Positions 30,573 to 41,180 are shown, counted from the first letter of the stretch. The stretch: 64,000 bases of DNA from an uncultured Polaribacter sp. (GCA_964565055.1 CAZMDC010000011.1:5103-69102); one strand, 5' to 3'. Translations and numbers: made by a program. Notes: generated from the sequence alone by a model not told the origin.

Positions 30573-31707
30573 CATAATCTACTATTTCTAAACCATAACC
30601 AATCATACCCACTCTTTTAGATTGTTGATTGTTGGTTAATAGCTTTAATTTGCTGATGTTTAAATCGTGTAAAATTTGAGCTCCAATTCCAAAATCTCTC
30701 TGATCCATTGCAATTGCAGGAGCTTTTAATTCTCCATTTTTTTGATTTTCTTTTAAAATATGAAGCCTACTCAACAAGTTTTTAGATTGATTTTGTTGAT
30801 TGATAAACAATATAGCACCTTTACCTTCATCATTAACAACCTGAAACATTTGGTCTAATTTTTTATCTGCATTATTGGTTAATGTACCTAAAATATCATT
30901 ATTTACTAATGTTGAATTTATTCTTGTTAAAACTCCATCTTCATTAGTCCAAGAACCTTTAGTTAAGGCAATATGTATTTGGTCGTTAGTGGTTTGTTGA
31001 TAAGCTCTTAATCTAAATTTGCCAAAACGCGTTTCAATTTCAAAATCTTCTTTCTTTTCTATAAGAGAATCATGTTCCATTCTATAAGCCACTAAATCTT
31101 CAATAGAAACAATTTTAATGTCAAATTTTTTAGCCACTTTTAGTAACTGTGGTAAACGAGCCATAGTACCATCTTCGTTCATAATTTCTACAATAACTCC
31201 TGCAGGTTGTAAACCAGCTAATCTTGCAAAATCTATAGCAGCTTCAGTATGACCAGTTCTTCTTAAAACACCACCTTCTTTAGCTTTTAATGGAAAAATA
31301 TGACCTGGTCTTGCTAAATCAAAAGGTTTTGTTTCTTTATCTATTAAAGCATTTATGGTTAATGCTCTATCTGATGCAGAAATTCCTGTTGTTACACCTT
31401 TACCTCTTAAATCTACAGAAACTGTAAATGCTGTTTCCATAGGGTCTGTGTTGTTGTTAACCATCATTCCTAGTTCTAACTCTTTACAGCGTTTTTCTGT
31501 TAGTGGTGTGCAAATTAAACCTCTACCATGAGTAGCCATAAAGTTTACCATTTCTGGTGTAATTTTTTCTGCAGCAGCTAAAAAATCACCTTCGTTTTCT
31601 CTATTTTCATCATCAACTACAATAATAACTTTACCATTTCTAATATCATTTATAGCTTCTTCTATGGTGTTTAATTGTGAGTCTTTTTGTAAGATGTTTG
31701 TTGTCAT
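30562..31707 (-). CDS. ribB: 3,4-dihydroxy-2-butanone-4-phosphate synthase fused to a degenerate GTP cyclohydrolase II-like domain
   Basis: The N-terminal half has DHBP synthase motifs (DDENRENEGD, RGLICTP, HTEAAIDLA-like GHTEAAIDFA). The C-terminal half aligns to RibA but lacks the zinc Cys triad (see findings). Confidence 0.9.
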   Translation of the reverse strand: MTTNILQKDSQLNTIEEAINDIRNGKVIIVVDDENRENEGDFLAAAEKITPEMVNFMATHGRGLICTPLTEKRCKELELGMMVNNNTDPMETAFTVSVDLRGKGVTTGISASDRALTINALIDKETKPFDLARPGHIFPLKAKEGGVLRRTGHTEAAIDFARLAGLQPAGVIVEIMNEDGTMARLPQLLKVAKKFDIKIVSIEDLVAYRMEHDSLIEKKEDFEIETRFGKFRLRAYQQTTNDQIHIALTKGSWTNEDGVLTRINSTLVNNDILGTLTNNADKKLDQMFQVVNDEGKGAILFINQQNQSKNLLSRLHILKENQKNGELKAPAIAMDQRDFGIGAQILHDLNISKLKLLTNNQQSKRVGMIGYGLEIVDYVTY

Positions 31708-33173
31708 ATTTTTGTACCTTTTTTAGGTAATATTTTTTTAAATATATTAGTTAGTGGCTGTAAAAAGGCATTTATATTAAATATACCCTTGTCTTTTGTT
31801 GCTCTATTGGTTAACAAAATAGCAATAGGAATCATTATTATTGCAGATACCCAAGAACCTAAAACAGCTGTTATAGAACTTTCTTCTGCTAAATTTTTAC
31901 CAAATGTATTTGCAAAGAAATACAAAACATAAACACCAATTGCTAAAACCATTGGCAAACCAAAACCTCCTTTTCTTATAATTGAACCTAATGGAGCTCC
32001 TATAAAAAATAATATAATACAAGAAAGTGAGAAGGCCACTCTATTATAATATTCAGTATCATAATAGTTAAGTATTTTTCTATTCCATTTTATAGTTTCT
32101 GTATTAGTTTTTAAATTACTTACTAGTCTGTTAGATTTTGTAAGTGCAGAGTTTAAAATGGTAATTTTATCTTGCAACTCAAAATTATTAATGGTTATGC
32201 TATCTAAATTATTCTTTTTTAAAGAATCTGAATATTTATATAATTTTTTTGCATCTGAACTTATATAAATATTTTTAGCTCTTAAGTTTAGCACTTCATC
32301 ATAATTGCCTTTTAATTTAGGTATAGTATCTTTTATTTGCTCTAAAGAAAGCATCATAGGTATTGTTGCTGAATTTATTGAGTCTAATTGACCTTCATCT
32401 AAAGTATCACCAATATCTATATTAAATTCATATTCATTAAATGTGGCACTAGAACCTGCCATTTTTTTTCTTTTTAAAGTAGTTTTTGCAGATTTTACAT
32501 GTTCTTCGTAATAATTACCATCGTATAAAATAAAAGTCATGTATCTACTACCTTCTTCAGTAATTATTTTACCTCTTTCTGCTGTAATTACTTTTTGATT
32601 TCCTCTGTTGCTTGTTAAATCGTAAATTAAAACATCTTTAAGAAGGTTTTCTTCTTCACCATATTTTTCTTCAAATTTAATTTGATAACCAGGTAAATCT
32701 GAATTAAAACTACCAGGAACTAGTGCTAAAGCTGGCTTCTTCTTTTTTATATTTATATATAAATTACGCTGTTTTAAATTAGCGTAAGGAAAAATATTAT
32801 TTAGAAATAAAAAATTAATTCCACTTAAAGCAATTGCTAAAATAGCAATTGGTCTTACCATTCTTTGTAAAGAAATTCCAGCAGATTTTGCTGCTGCAAA
32901 CTCATAGTTTTCGCCTAAATTTCCTAAAGCCATAATAGATGATAACAACACACCAATTGGAAGTGCTTGTGGAATTATCATTAAAGTTGTGTAGTATAAA
33001 AATTTTAAGATGAAAATTATACTGATACCTTTACCAGCAATATTTTCGAAAGCTTGCCATAAAGCTTGCATAACCAGTACAAATAGTACAATTAGAAATG
33101 TAGCTATAAAAGGCAGTAGAAAGCTTTTTAAAATGTATTTATCTAAAATTTTCATAAAAAGCAAAAATAGCAT
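31704..33173 (-). CDS. LptF/LptG family permease (start probably MKILDKYILKSF at 33155)
   Basis: YjgP/YjgQ-type N-terminus (ILDKYILKSFL.PF), three TM helices, a large periplasmic domain, then three more TM helices. Confidence 0.85.
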   Translation of the reverse strand: MLFLLFMKILDKYILKSFLLPFIATFLIVLFVLVMQALWQAFENIAGKGISIIFILKFLYYTTLMIIPQALPIGVLLSSIMALGNLGENYEFAAAKSAGISLQRMVRPIAILAIALSGINFLFLNNIFPYANLKQRNLYINIKKKKPALALVPGSFNSDLPGYQIKFEEKYGEEENLLKDVLIYDLTSNRGNQKVITAERGKIITEEGSRYMTFILYDGNYYEEHVKSAKTTLKRKKMAGSSATFNEYEFNIDIGDTLDEGQLDSINSATIPMMLSLEQIKDTIPKLKGNYDEVLNLRAKNIYISSDAKKLYKYSDSLKKNNLDSITINNFELQDKITILNSALTKSNRLVSNLKTNTETIKWNRKILNYYDTEYYNRVAFSLSCIILFFIGAPLGSIIRKGGFGLPMVLAIGVYVLYFFANTFGKNLAEESSITAVLGSWVSAIIMIPIAILLTNRATKDKGIFNINAFLQPLTNIFKKILPKKGTKI

Positions 33174-33216
33174 CTTAAAAGATAAGATGCTACTAATTTT
33201 CTGTTAATTGAAATAA

Positions 33217-33873
33217 TTAATCAATTGTGTATTTTTGGTTTAAATACTTTTGTTTATCAAAGCTAAAAAAGCTGTCTGATAATGGTTGGTTACTTTTAAA
33301 TGATGTAATAGTAAAACTAGTTTTAGCACCATTAGAACCTGTTTGAATTAATTTATAAATGTGTTTTGTTTTTGCATCTATGCCAAGTTCAACTTTTATG
33401 ATATCTGAATTACTGTCAATAGGATTTAGTGTTACAAATTGAATTTTTCTTCCTTTTATGTTCATTAATTTACCCATTTCAAAATTATATCCTTCTTTAT
33501 AGAAAGTTAATAGTTTAGAAGGGTAAATAAAACCATCATCTGCATCTAAATCACCATCAGTTATTGAAACTTCTTTCTCTTCATTATTAATAACATATAA
33601 TTTGCTACCATCAAAAATAAATTGATTTCCAAGATAGTTTAAGCTATATTTTTCTTTTTTTAAATTGATTTCTCCTCTTATTGGTGGCTCATCACCTTCA
33701 TTAATACCAGCTTCTTCGTTACTTAATGTTTGGCTAAAACCTAGATACATGTTGTTATATGCACTCATTTTTGATGAAACCTCATCTAACAAAGCTTTTG
33801 CTTCTAAAGAGTTTTGAGAAAAGGTAATGCTTGTTATAAATAAGCTAAAAAATAATATTACTAATTTGTTCAT
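33217..33873 (-). CDS. LolA-like outer-membrane lipoprotein carrier family protein
   Basis: Signal peptide and a ~200-aa beta-rich protein in the conserved position between ftsK and lptF/G, as in Bacteroidota. Confidence 0.65.
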   Translation of the reverse strand: MNKLVILFFSLFITSITFSQNSLEAKALLDEVSSKMSAYNNMYLGFSQTLSNEEAGINEGDEPPIRGEINLKKEKYSLNYLGNQFIFDGSKLYVINNEEKEVSITDGDLDADDGFIYPSKLLTFYKEGYNFEMGKLMNIKGRKIQFVTLNPIDSNSDIIKVELGIDAKTKHIYKLIQTGSNGAKTSFTITSFKSNQPLSDSFFSFDKQKYLNQKYTID

Positions 33874-33908
33874 GTTTTTTAATTATCTACTTGCAAATTT
33901 ACAAGAAG

Positions 33909-36350
33909 TTATTGTTTTTTTTCGTTTTCTAATAATTGTTCTAAAGCCATAAAATCTGGAACTAACACTTGCCTTGCTTTACTACCTTCAAAACCACCTA
34001 CAATACCTGCAGCCTCTAATTGATCTATTAATCTACCAGCTCTGTTGTAACCTAGTTTTAATTTTCTTTGTAGTAAAGATGCAGAGCCTTGTTGTGCTGT
34101 AACAATAATTTCTGCTGCTTCTTTAAACAATTTGTCTCTATCTTCTATATCAATATCAATATCAATACTTGTGCCATTTTCATCATCTACATATTCTGGT
34201 AATATATGTGCTTCTGAATAAGCTTTTTGGGAACCTATAAAATCTGTTATTTTTTCTACTTCTGGAGTATCTACAAACGCACATTGAATTCTGGTTATAG
34301 AATTTCCATTGGTATACAATAAATCTCCTCTACCAATTAATTGATCTGCTCCACCTGCATCTAAAATGGTTCTTGAATCTATTTTAGAGGTTACTCTAAA
34401 TGCAATTCTTGCAGGGAAATTTGCTTTAATGATACCTGTAATTACGTTTACAGAAGGTCTTTGAGTAGCTACAATTAGGTGAATTCCAATAGCTCTAGCC
34501 AATTGCGCTAAACGTGCAATAGGAGTTTCTACTTCTTTACCAGCTGTCATAATTAAATCTGCAAATTCATCAATAACTAATACAATATATGGTAAAAATT
34601 GATGACCATCATTAGGATTTAATTTACGTTTCTTAAATTTATGATTGTATTCTTTAATATTACGAACCATAGCCGATTTTAGTAAATCGTAACGATTGTC
34701 CATTTCAATACATAAAGAGTTTAATGTATGTACCACTTTTGTGGTATCTGTAATTATAGCCTCTTCAGAATCTGGTAATTTGGCTAAATAATGACGCTCA
34801 ATTTTATTGAATAATGTAAGTTCTACTTTTTTAGGATCTACTAAAACAAACTTAACTTCTGCTGGATGTTTCTTGTAAAGTAAAGATGTTAATACAGCAT
34901 TTAATCCTACAGATTTTCCTTGTCCTGTTGCACCTGCCATTAATAAGTGAGGCATTTTGGCTAAATCTACTACAAAAGTTTCATTAGAAATGGTTTTTCC
35001 TAAAGCTATAGGAAGCTCCATTTGAGATTCTTGAAATCTTTTAGAAGAAATTGCAGAATGCATTGAAACTATAGTTGATTTTTTGTTTGGAACCTCTATT
35101 CCAATAGTTCCTTTACCTGGTATTGGAGCTATAATTCTAATTCCAAGTGCAGATAAAGATAATGCAATATCATCCTCTAAATTCTTTATTTTAGAAATAC
35201 GAATTCCTGCTTCTGGTACAATTTCATACAAAGTAATTGTTGGCCCAACAGTGGCCTTTATTTCTGCAATACCAATTTTGTAGTTTTTTAATGTTTCTAC
35301 AATTTTATTTTTGTTAGCCTCTAATTCTTCTGGATCTATTGAAATACTTTCATTATACTGTTTTAATAAGTTGAAGGTTGGAAAACGGAATTTAGATAAC
35401 TCTAATGTAGGGTCGAACTCACCAAAATCTTTCAGTATTTTATCTGATAAATTTTCAGTTGAATGTTCTTCTTCCTCAGAAATTTCAACATCAATTGCTA
35501 CATCATTTTTATCATCTACAGTTTCTTCTACTTTTAACTCTGATGTTGCATCTACTTTTAAAGAAATTTCTTTTTTATCATTTTTTACATCAGAGTGTTT
35601 TGAAATGGTTGGCTTTAAATTTTCTAAAGACAATTCAAATTCAGATTTCATTGATTTTTCTTCAGTAATACTATTTTGTTTGGTTGGAGTAGTAGTTTCT
35701 AATTTATCTGTAGACTTTTCATCTTCTAAAATTTTTTGCTTTCTTTCTTCTCTTTGAATTTTTATTTTATCAATAAAAGAATCTATAGTTACTTTATAAC
35801 GAATAATAATGTAGGTAAAGAAAAGGAATAACAAACAGATTGCTAAACCAGTTTTACCAAGAAAAGTTTGTAAGTATTTATTAATTTCAAATCCAATTAC
35901 ACCAGATAAAAGCGCATATTTTTCATTCAAAAAACCCAAACTAACAGAAATCCAAAGCATAGTAAGCAAGCCCCAATTCCAAGAAATTATAACTTTTGAA
36001 AATCTTTTTTTAATTAAAATATAAGTACCTGTAATAAGAATTTGATACACAATAAAAAAAGCTGCTATACCAAAACCATTATAAATAAAAAAATGACTTA
36101 AGTTAGCACCAATTTTACCTAAAAGGTTAGAACTTTTAATACTTTTATCTGTAAAGTGCAGAAGGGTACTTTGATCATCTTGCCAATTGAAAAAAAATGA
36201 TATAAAACCAATACCTAAAAATATAGCAAACAACACCAAAAATATTCCAAAAATATTTTGAGTTTGTCTATTCTTAAGGAATGAAAAAAAAGCTACTTTT
36301 TCTTTAGTAGACGTTGCTGATTTTTTACTGGTTGATTTTATTTTACTCAT
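33909..36350 (-). CDS. ftsK: DNA translocase FtsK/SpoIIIE
   Basis: N-terminal TM helices, an acidic low-complexity linker, Walker A GATGQGKS, Walker B VIDEFADL and a C-terminal gamma winged helix (LLQRKLKLGYNRAGRLIDQLE). Confidence 0.95.
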   Translation of the reverse strand: MSKIKSTSKKSATSTKEKVAFFSFLKNRQTQNIFGIFLVLFAIFLGIGFISFFFNWQDDQSTLLHFTDKSIKSSNLLGKIGANLSHFFIYNGFGIAAFFIVYQILITGTYILIKKRFSKVIISWNWGLLTMLWISVSLGFLNEKYALLSGVIGFEINKYLQTFLGKTGLAICLLFLFFTYIIIRYKVTIDSFIDKIKIQREERKQKILEDEKSTDKLETTTPTKQNSITEEKSMKSEFELSLENLKPTISKHSDVKNDKKEISLKVDATSELKVEETVDDKNDVAIDVEISEEEEHSTENLSDKILKDFGEFDPTLELSKFRFPTFNLLKQYNESISIDPEELEANKNKIVETLKNYKIGIAEIKATVGPTITLYEIVPEAGIRISKIKNLEDDIALSLSALGIRIIAPIPGKGTIGIEVPNKKSTIVSMHSAISSKRFQESQMELPIALGKTISNETFVVDLAKMPHLLMAGATGQGKSVGLNAVLTSLLYKKHPAEVKFVLVDPKKVELTLFNKIERHYLAKLPDSEEAIITDTTKVVHTLNSLCIEMDNRYDLLKSAMVRNIKEYNHKFKKRKLNPNDGHQFLPYIVLVIDEFADLIMTAGKEVETPIARLAQLARAIGIHLIVATQRPSVNVITGIIKANFPARIAFRVTSKIDSRTILDAGGADQLIGRGDLLYTNGNSITRIQCAFVDTPEVEKITDFIGSQKAYSEAHILPEYVDDENGTSIDIDIDIEDRDKLFKEAAEIIVTAQQGSASLLQRKLKLGYNRAGRLIDQLEAAGIVGGFEGSKARQVLVPDFMALEQLLENEKKQ

Positions 36351-36390
36351 TAAAAATTAAAATTTTTAAAGGGTAAATATACATATTTGC

Positions 36391-36771
36391 TTAAAATAAT
36401 AAAGCAATTTTAGGTACATATATAATTGCAGCAATCACTAACGAAATTAAAGCAGCAAATGTAGGTGCACCAGCAGCAATATCTTTTATTAGACCTATTT
36501 TTACATGAAATTCTGGATGAATAAAATCTGCTACTTCTTCTATGGCTGAATTGGCTGCTTCAGCAACTAAAACTAATCCTATAGCAAGAAACTGCACAGC
36601 CCATTCCATTGCAGAAATATCAAAATAAAAACCTAAAATAGTTGCTACAAGCGCAAAAAAAAGTTGTGCTTTAATAGAGTCTTCTGTAGTTACTAAAATC
36701 CATAACCCTTTAAAAGCAAATTTTAAACTTCTAATTCGTCCTTTTAAAAAACCATCTTTAGGATTTTTCAT
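36391..36771 (-). CDS. Diacylglycerol kinase family (DgkA-like) membrane protein
   Basis: 126 aa with 3 TM helices and the conserved E..NSAIE motif (AEAANSAIEEVAD). Confidence 0.8.
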   Translation of the reverse strand: MKNPKDGFLKGRIRSLKFAFKGLWILVTTEDSIKAQLFFALVATILGFYFDISAMEWAVQFLAIGLVLVAEAANSAIEEVADFIHPEFHVKIGLIKDIAAGAPTFAALISLVIAAIIYVPKIALLF

Positions 36772-36773
36772 TT

Positions 36774-37271
36774 TTAGATCGCTTTTAAAGCTGCTTCGTA
36801 GTTTGGTTCTTCACCAACTTCAGGAACTTGCTCTGTGTGTGTTATTTTACCGTTTTTGTCTATAACAACAATTGCTCTAGAATGTAAGTTTTCAAAAGCA
36901 CTATCTGCAATAGTTACTTGATAATCTTTACCAAAAGATCCTGTTTCAAAGTCAGATAACATTTCTACATTATCAATACCCTCTGCACCACAAAAGCGTG
37001 CCTGAGCAAAAGGTAAATCTTTAGAAATACATAATACAACTGTATTCTCCAAGCTTGCAGCTTTTTCATTAAATTCTCTAACAGATTTTGCACAAACACC
37101 AGTATCTACACTTGGAAAAATATTAAGAATTAAGTTTTTTCCTTCGTAATCTGAAAGTGTTTTGTGAGATAAATCAGTGTTTTTTAATTTAAAATCTAAA
37201 GCTTTTTCACCAACTTTTGGTAAGCTACCTATTGTGTTTATTGGATTTCCTCCTAATGTTATTTGTGCCAT
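36774..37271 (-). CDS. tpx: Thiol peroxidase (atypical 2-Cys peroxiredoxin)
   Basis: PSVDTGVC peroxidatic Cys motif and a resolving Cys in FAQARFCG. 165 aa. Confidence 0.92.
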   Translation of the reverse strand: MAQITLGGNPINTIGSLPKVGEKALDFKLKNTDLSHKTLSDYEGKNLILNIFPSVDTGVCAKSVREFNEKAASLENTVVLCISKDLPFAQARFCGAEGIDNVEMLSDFETGSFGKDYQVTIADSAFENLHSRAIVVIDKNGKITHTEQVPEVGEEPNYEAALKAI

Positions 37272-37401
37272 TTTATTATCTTATATATTTTCAAAAGTAA
37301 TAAATTAAACTGATAAAGTTATTTAAAAACTGTGAAGTTATCCTTAAAATTATGTAGGTGTAATCTGTATCTTCGCATCAATTAAAAATTATATATTTCA
37401 A

Positions 37402-38772
37402 GTGTACCTTAAGCAATATACATCAGAATTTAAATACAATTGGAAACTAGCAGCACCTGTAATTTTAGGTATGCTAGGACACACATTTGTGGCATTTATA
37501 GACAATATAATGGTTGGTCAATTGGGTACAGCTGAATTGGCTGCTGTTTCTTTAGGGAACAGTTTTATGTTTATTGCAATGTCTATTGGTATTGGCTTTT
37601 CAACTGCAATTACTCCTTTAATTGCAGAGGCAGATTCTTCTAATAATTTACAACAAGCAAGAGCAGCTTATAAAAACGGATTATTTTTATGCACAACATT
37701 AGGTATACTTCTGTTTTTATTAGTTTTTTTCTCAAAACCCTTGATGTTTTTAATGCAGCAACCAGAAGAAGTGGTTGCTTTGGCAATTCCGTACTTAGAT
37801 TTAGTGGCCTTTTCTTTAATTCCATTGATTATTTTTCAAGCGATAAAACAGTTTAGTGATGGTATGTCTATGACTAAATACCCAATGTACGCAACATTAT
37901 TAGCCAATATTGTAAATGTTGTTTTAAATTATTTGTTAATCTTTGGAAAGTTAGGTTTTCCAGAAATGGGTATAGTTGGAGCAGCTTATGGTACTTTGAT
38001 ATCAAGAGTAATTATGGTAATTTATTTATGGAGTTTATTGCGTTACAGAAAAAGATCAGCACAAATCGTAAAAAATATTAAATTCTTTGTTTTAGACACT
38101 TTAATGATAAAAAGAATAATAAATCTTGGTTCATTAAGTGCTATGCAAATGTTTTTTGAAGTTGCCATTTTTACAGCAGCTATTTGGTTGAGTGGTTTAT
38201 TAGGTAAAAATCCTCAAGCTGCAAATCAAATAGCATTAAACTTATCTTCTATGACTTTTATGGTTGCTATGGGGTTAAGTGTAGCTTCTATGATTAGAGT
38301 TGGAAATCAAAAAGGATTACAAAATTTTAAAGAATTACGTAGAGTTGCCTTTTCCTTATTTTTGTTAGGTACTTTATTTGCGTTATTTTTTGCGATTGTA
38401 TTTTTTATTTTCCATAAAAGTTTACCAAATATTTATATGGATTTAAATGATGTTACTAATTATAAAGATAATATGGAGGTTATAGAAATAGCTTCTAAGT
38501 TATTATTGGCTGCTGCATTTTTTCAAATATCTGATAGTATTCAAGTGGTTGTACTTGGTGCTTTAAGAGGTTTACAAGATGTAAAAGTTCCTACGATTTT
38601 AACTTTTATTTCTTATTGGTGTGTTGGTTTTCCTGTTTCTTATTATTTAGGAAAAGAGGAAATGTATGGTAGTTTTGGTATTTGGTTAGGTTTATTAGCA
38701 GGTCTTACAACTGCATCAATATTACTGTTTATTCGTTTTAATAAACTTACTTTAAAATTGATTAAACAATAA
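37402..38772 (+). CDS. MATE family efflux transporter
   Basis: 456 aa with ~12 TM helices and a NorM-like N-terminus (LAAPVILGMLGHTFVAFIDNIMVGQLGTAELAAVSLG). Confidence 0.85.
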   Translation: MYLKQYTSEFKYNWKLAAPVILGMLGHTFVAFIDNIMVGQLGTAELAAVSLGNSFMFIAMSIGIGFSTAITPLIAEADSSNNLQQARAAYKNGLFLCTTLGILLFLLVFFSKPLMFLMQQPEEVVALAIPYLDLVAFSLIPLIIFQAIKQFSDGMSMTKYPMYATLLANIVNVVLNYLLIFGKLGFPEMGIVGAAYGTLISRVIMVIYLWSLLRYRKRSAQIVKNIKFFVLDTLMIKRIINLGSLSAMQMFFEVAIFTAAIWLSGLLGKNPQAANQIALNLSSMTFMVAMGLSVASMIRVGNQKGLQNFKELRRVAFSLFLLGTLFALFFAIVFFIFHKSLPNIYMDLNDVTNYKDNMEVIEIASKLLLAAAFFQISDSIQVVVLGALRGLQDVKVPTILTFISYWCVGFPVSYYLGKEEMYGSFGIWLGLLAGLTTASILLFIRFNKLTLKLIKQ

Positions 38773-38852
38773 AAGGACTTTTAAAAAAGTCCTTTTATTG
38801 TTTTGATAGCTATAAATTATTTATTGTAATTTTTATTATTTTATAAAAACTT

Positions 38853-39326
38853 TTAATACTCAATTTTATCTTGCTTTTCACTCCATTTTTGGAAAGGTTC
38901 TAAGGCAATTTCTCTACCAACTTGTTCAAAAGGAATACTTCTTTTTTCATAAGGTAATGGAATTTCTTTATAAATAAACTCATCATCAAAACCAATAGCA
39001 GCAGCATCTTTTTGATTACTTCCATAAAATACTTTATCTGGTCTAGCCCAATAAATTGCGCCTAAACACATTGGGCAAGGTTCGCAAGAAGTGTAAATTA
39101 CACAGCCTTCTAATTGAAAAGATTCTAAGTTTTTACAAGCATCTCTAATTGCTGTTACTTCTGCATGAGCTGTAGGGTCGTTTGTGGATGTTACCTTATT
39201 ATTTCCCCTGCCTACAATTTCTCCATCTTTTACTATAATACAACCAAATGGACCTCCTTCATTATTACTCATTCCTTTTAGAGCTGCTTTTACAGCTTCA
39301 CTCATATATTCTGTGTGTTCTTTCAT
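38853..39326 (-). CDS. CDA-fold nucleoside/guanine deaminase
   Basis: Zinc motifs HAE (AHAEVTAIR) and PCPMC (CEPCPMCLGA). The 157-aa size matches GuaD/TadA-like deaminases. Confidence 0.8.
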   Translation of the reverse strand: MKEHTEYMSEAVKAALKGMSNNEGGPFGCIIVKDGEIVGRGNNKVTSTNDPTAHAEVTAIRDACKNLESFQLEGCVIYTSCEPCPMCLGAIYWARPDKVFYGSNQKDAAAIGFDDEFIYKEIPLPYEKRSIPFEQVGREIALEPFQKWSEKQDKIEY

Positions 39327-39335
39327 GTTTTTTGT

Positions 39336-39364
39336 AAAAAAAAGCTGTAATTTACATTACAGCT
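39336..39364 (-). terminator. Rho-independent terminator after fumC
   Basis: On the - strand, stem AGCTGTAAT / ATTACAGCT with a 4-nt loop, followed by a T8 run. Confidence 0.8.
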
Positions 39365-39387
39365 TATGTGTTTTTTTAAAAAATTAT

Positions 39388-40788
39388 TTATTGTAAACTT
39401 CCAGTCATATTTTCTGGTTTTACCCAAGCATCATATTCTTCTGGAGTTACATAGCCTAAACGAACTGCTTCTTCTTTTAAAGTTGTACCATTTTCATGAG
39501 CAGTATTTGCAATTTCTGCAGCTTTATAGTATCCTATTTTGGTGTTTAAAGCAGTAACCAACATTAATGAATTATTAACTAACTCTTTAATTCTTTTATG
39601 ATTTGGCTCAATACCAGCAGCACAATTTTCATCAAAAGAAACACAAGCATCACCAATTAATTGAGCAGATTGTAACACGTTTGCTGCCATCATTGGTTTA
39701 AAAACATTCAATTCATAATGTCCTTGTGTGCCACCAATTGTTACAGCAACATCATTACCCATAACTTGTGCACAAACCATGGTTAAAGCTTCGCACTGAG
39801 TTGGGTTTACTTTACCAGGCATAATAGATGAACCTGGTTCGTTTGCAGGAATTATTAGTTCTCCAATTCCAGATCTTGGACCTGAAGCTAATAAACGAAT
39901 ATCATTTCCAATTTTATTTAAAGAAACCGCAATTTGTTTTAAAGCGCCATGAGTTTCTACTAAAGCATCATGTGCTGCTAAAGCTTCGAACTTGTTTTCT
40001 GCTGTAATAAATGGTAGCTCTGTAAATTCAGCAATATATTTTGCCACTAAAATATCATATCCTTTAGGTGTATTTAAACCTGTACCTACTGCAGTACCTC
40101 CTAAAGCTAACTGACTTAAGTGTTCTAAGGTGTTTTTTAAAGCTTTAATACCAAAGTTTAATTGTGCAACATATCCAGAAAATTCTTGACCCAAGGTAAG
40201 TGGGGTAGCATCCATTAAATGAGTTCTACCAATTTTTACAACGTCTTGAAAAGCTTCTGCTTTTGTTTTTAAAGTATCTCTTAGTTGTTCTAAACCAGGA
40301 ATTGTGTTTTCTACAATCTTTTTGTAAGCAGCAATGTGCATACCTGTAGGAAAAGTATCGTTTGAAGATTGTGATTTATTCACATCATCATTTGGTTGAA
40401 TAGTTTTATCACCTTCACCAATTTTTTTGCCAGCTATTTCGTGAGCTCTGTTTGCAATTACCTCATTTACATTCATATTAGATTGAGTTCCAGAACCTGT
40501 TTGCCAAATTACTAATGGAAATTGATTATCATGTTTACCTTCTAAAATTTCATCACATACTTGTGCAATTAAATTTCTTTTCTCTTTTGTTAACACTCCT
40601 AGTTCACAATTAGTATAAGCAGCAGCTTTTTTAAGATATGCAAAACCGTAAACTACTTCTAAAGGCATAGAAGCTGGTGCACCAATTTTAAAATTATTTC
40701 GAGAACGTTCTGTTTGTGCTCCCCAATATTTATCTGCAGGTACATTTACATTACCCATTGTGTCTTTTTCAACTCTGTATTCGCTCAT
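39388..40788 (-). CDS. fumC: Class II fumarate hydratase
   Basis: [16 protein letters not shown] signature. 466 aa with an aspartase/fumarase fold throughout. Confidence 0.96.
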   Translation of the reverse strand: MSEYRVEKDTMGNVNVPADKYWGAQTERSRNNFKIGAPASMPLEVVYGFAYLKKAAAYTNCELGVLTKEKRNLIAQVCDEILEGKHDNQFPLVIWQTGSGTQSNMNVNEVIANRAHEIAGKKIGEGDKTIQPNDDVNKSQSSNDTFPTGMHIAAYKKIVENTIPGLEQLRDTLKTKAEAFQDVVKIGRTHLMDATPLTLGQEFSGYVAQLNFGIKALKNTLEHLSQLALGGTAVGTGLNTPKGYDILVAKYIAEFTELPFITAENKFEALAAHDALVETHGALKQIAVSLNKIGNDIRLLASGPRSGIGELIIPANEPGSSIMPGKVNPTQCEALTMVCAQVMGNDVAVTIGGTQGHYELNVFKPMMAANVLQSAQLIGDACVSFDENCAAGIEPNHKRIKELVNNSLMLVTALNTKIGYYKAAEIANTAHENGTTLKEEAVRLGYVTPEEYDAWVKPENMTGSLQ

Positions 40789-40951
40789 TAGTAAATAAAA
40801 TTTTAATATAAAGTATGCACAAATTTACAAAATATCAAACAATATAAAGTAAACTATTATCTCTGAAATCATTTTAAAAACATTAGTATTAATTATGTAA
40901 TTTTAAAAAAATCTATTATTTTTGCAAAGATTAATTTTATAAATACCAATA

Positions 40952-41125
40952 ATGTTAGATTTTTCAGAATTTTCAGGTTTAGTTTTATTCATGTTTATTT
41001 TTACAGCTGGTTTCTGGTTGTTAATTTTCTTATTAACATTTGTTGTTCCTTATTGGATTGGAGGAACTATTTGGGAAAATATGAAATTGAAAAGAGAAGC
41101 TAAAAAAGCTGCTGAAGGAAAGTAG
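40952..41125 (+). CDS. Possible 57-aa small membrane protein (not in the supplied ORF track)
   Basis: ATG-initiated ORF MLDFSEFSGLVLFMFIFTAGFWLLIFLLTFVVPYWIGGTIWENMKLKREAKKAAEGK*. It has one or two hydrophobic helices and a basic tail, and is followed 26 nt later by a strong terminator. Confidence 0.4.
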   Translation: MLDFSEFSGLVLFMFIFTAGFWLLIFLLTFVVPYWIGGTIWENMKLKREAKKAAEGK

Positions 41126-41150
41126 TTCTATTTAATATAATATTTTACAT

Positions 41151-41180
41151 AAACTCGTTCAAATATTGAACGAGTTTTTT
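41151..41180 (+). terminator. Rho-independent terminator (copy A of an inverted identical pair)
   Basis: AAA-CTCGTTCAA-ATA-TTGAACGAG-TTTTTT, a 9-bp stem with a T6 tail. Confidence 0.8.

Noticed and set aside
31700-31760. Looked for an FMN riboswitch upstream of ribB(A)
   Set aside because: The ribB(A) start overlaps the stop of the upstream lptF/G-like gene (ATGA-type overlap at 31704-31707). There is no leader in which a riboswitch could reside.
35083-35757. Three + strand ORFs opposite ftsK
   Set aside because: They lie opposite the acidic low-complexity FtsK linker and the ATPase domain. Their Ser-rich junk translations make them spurious.
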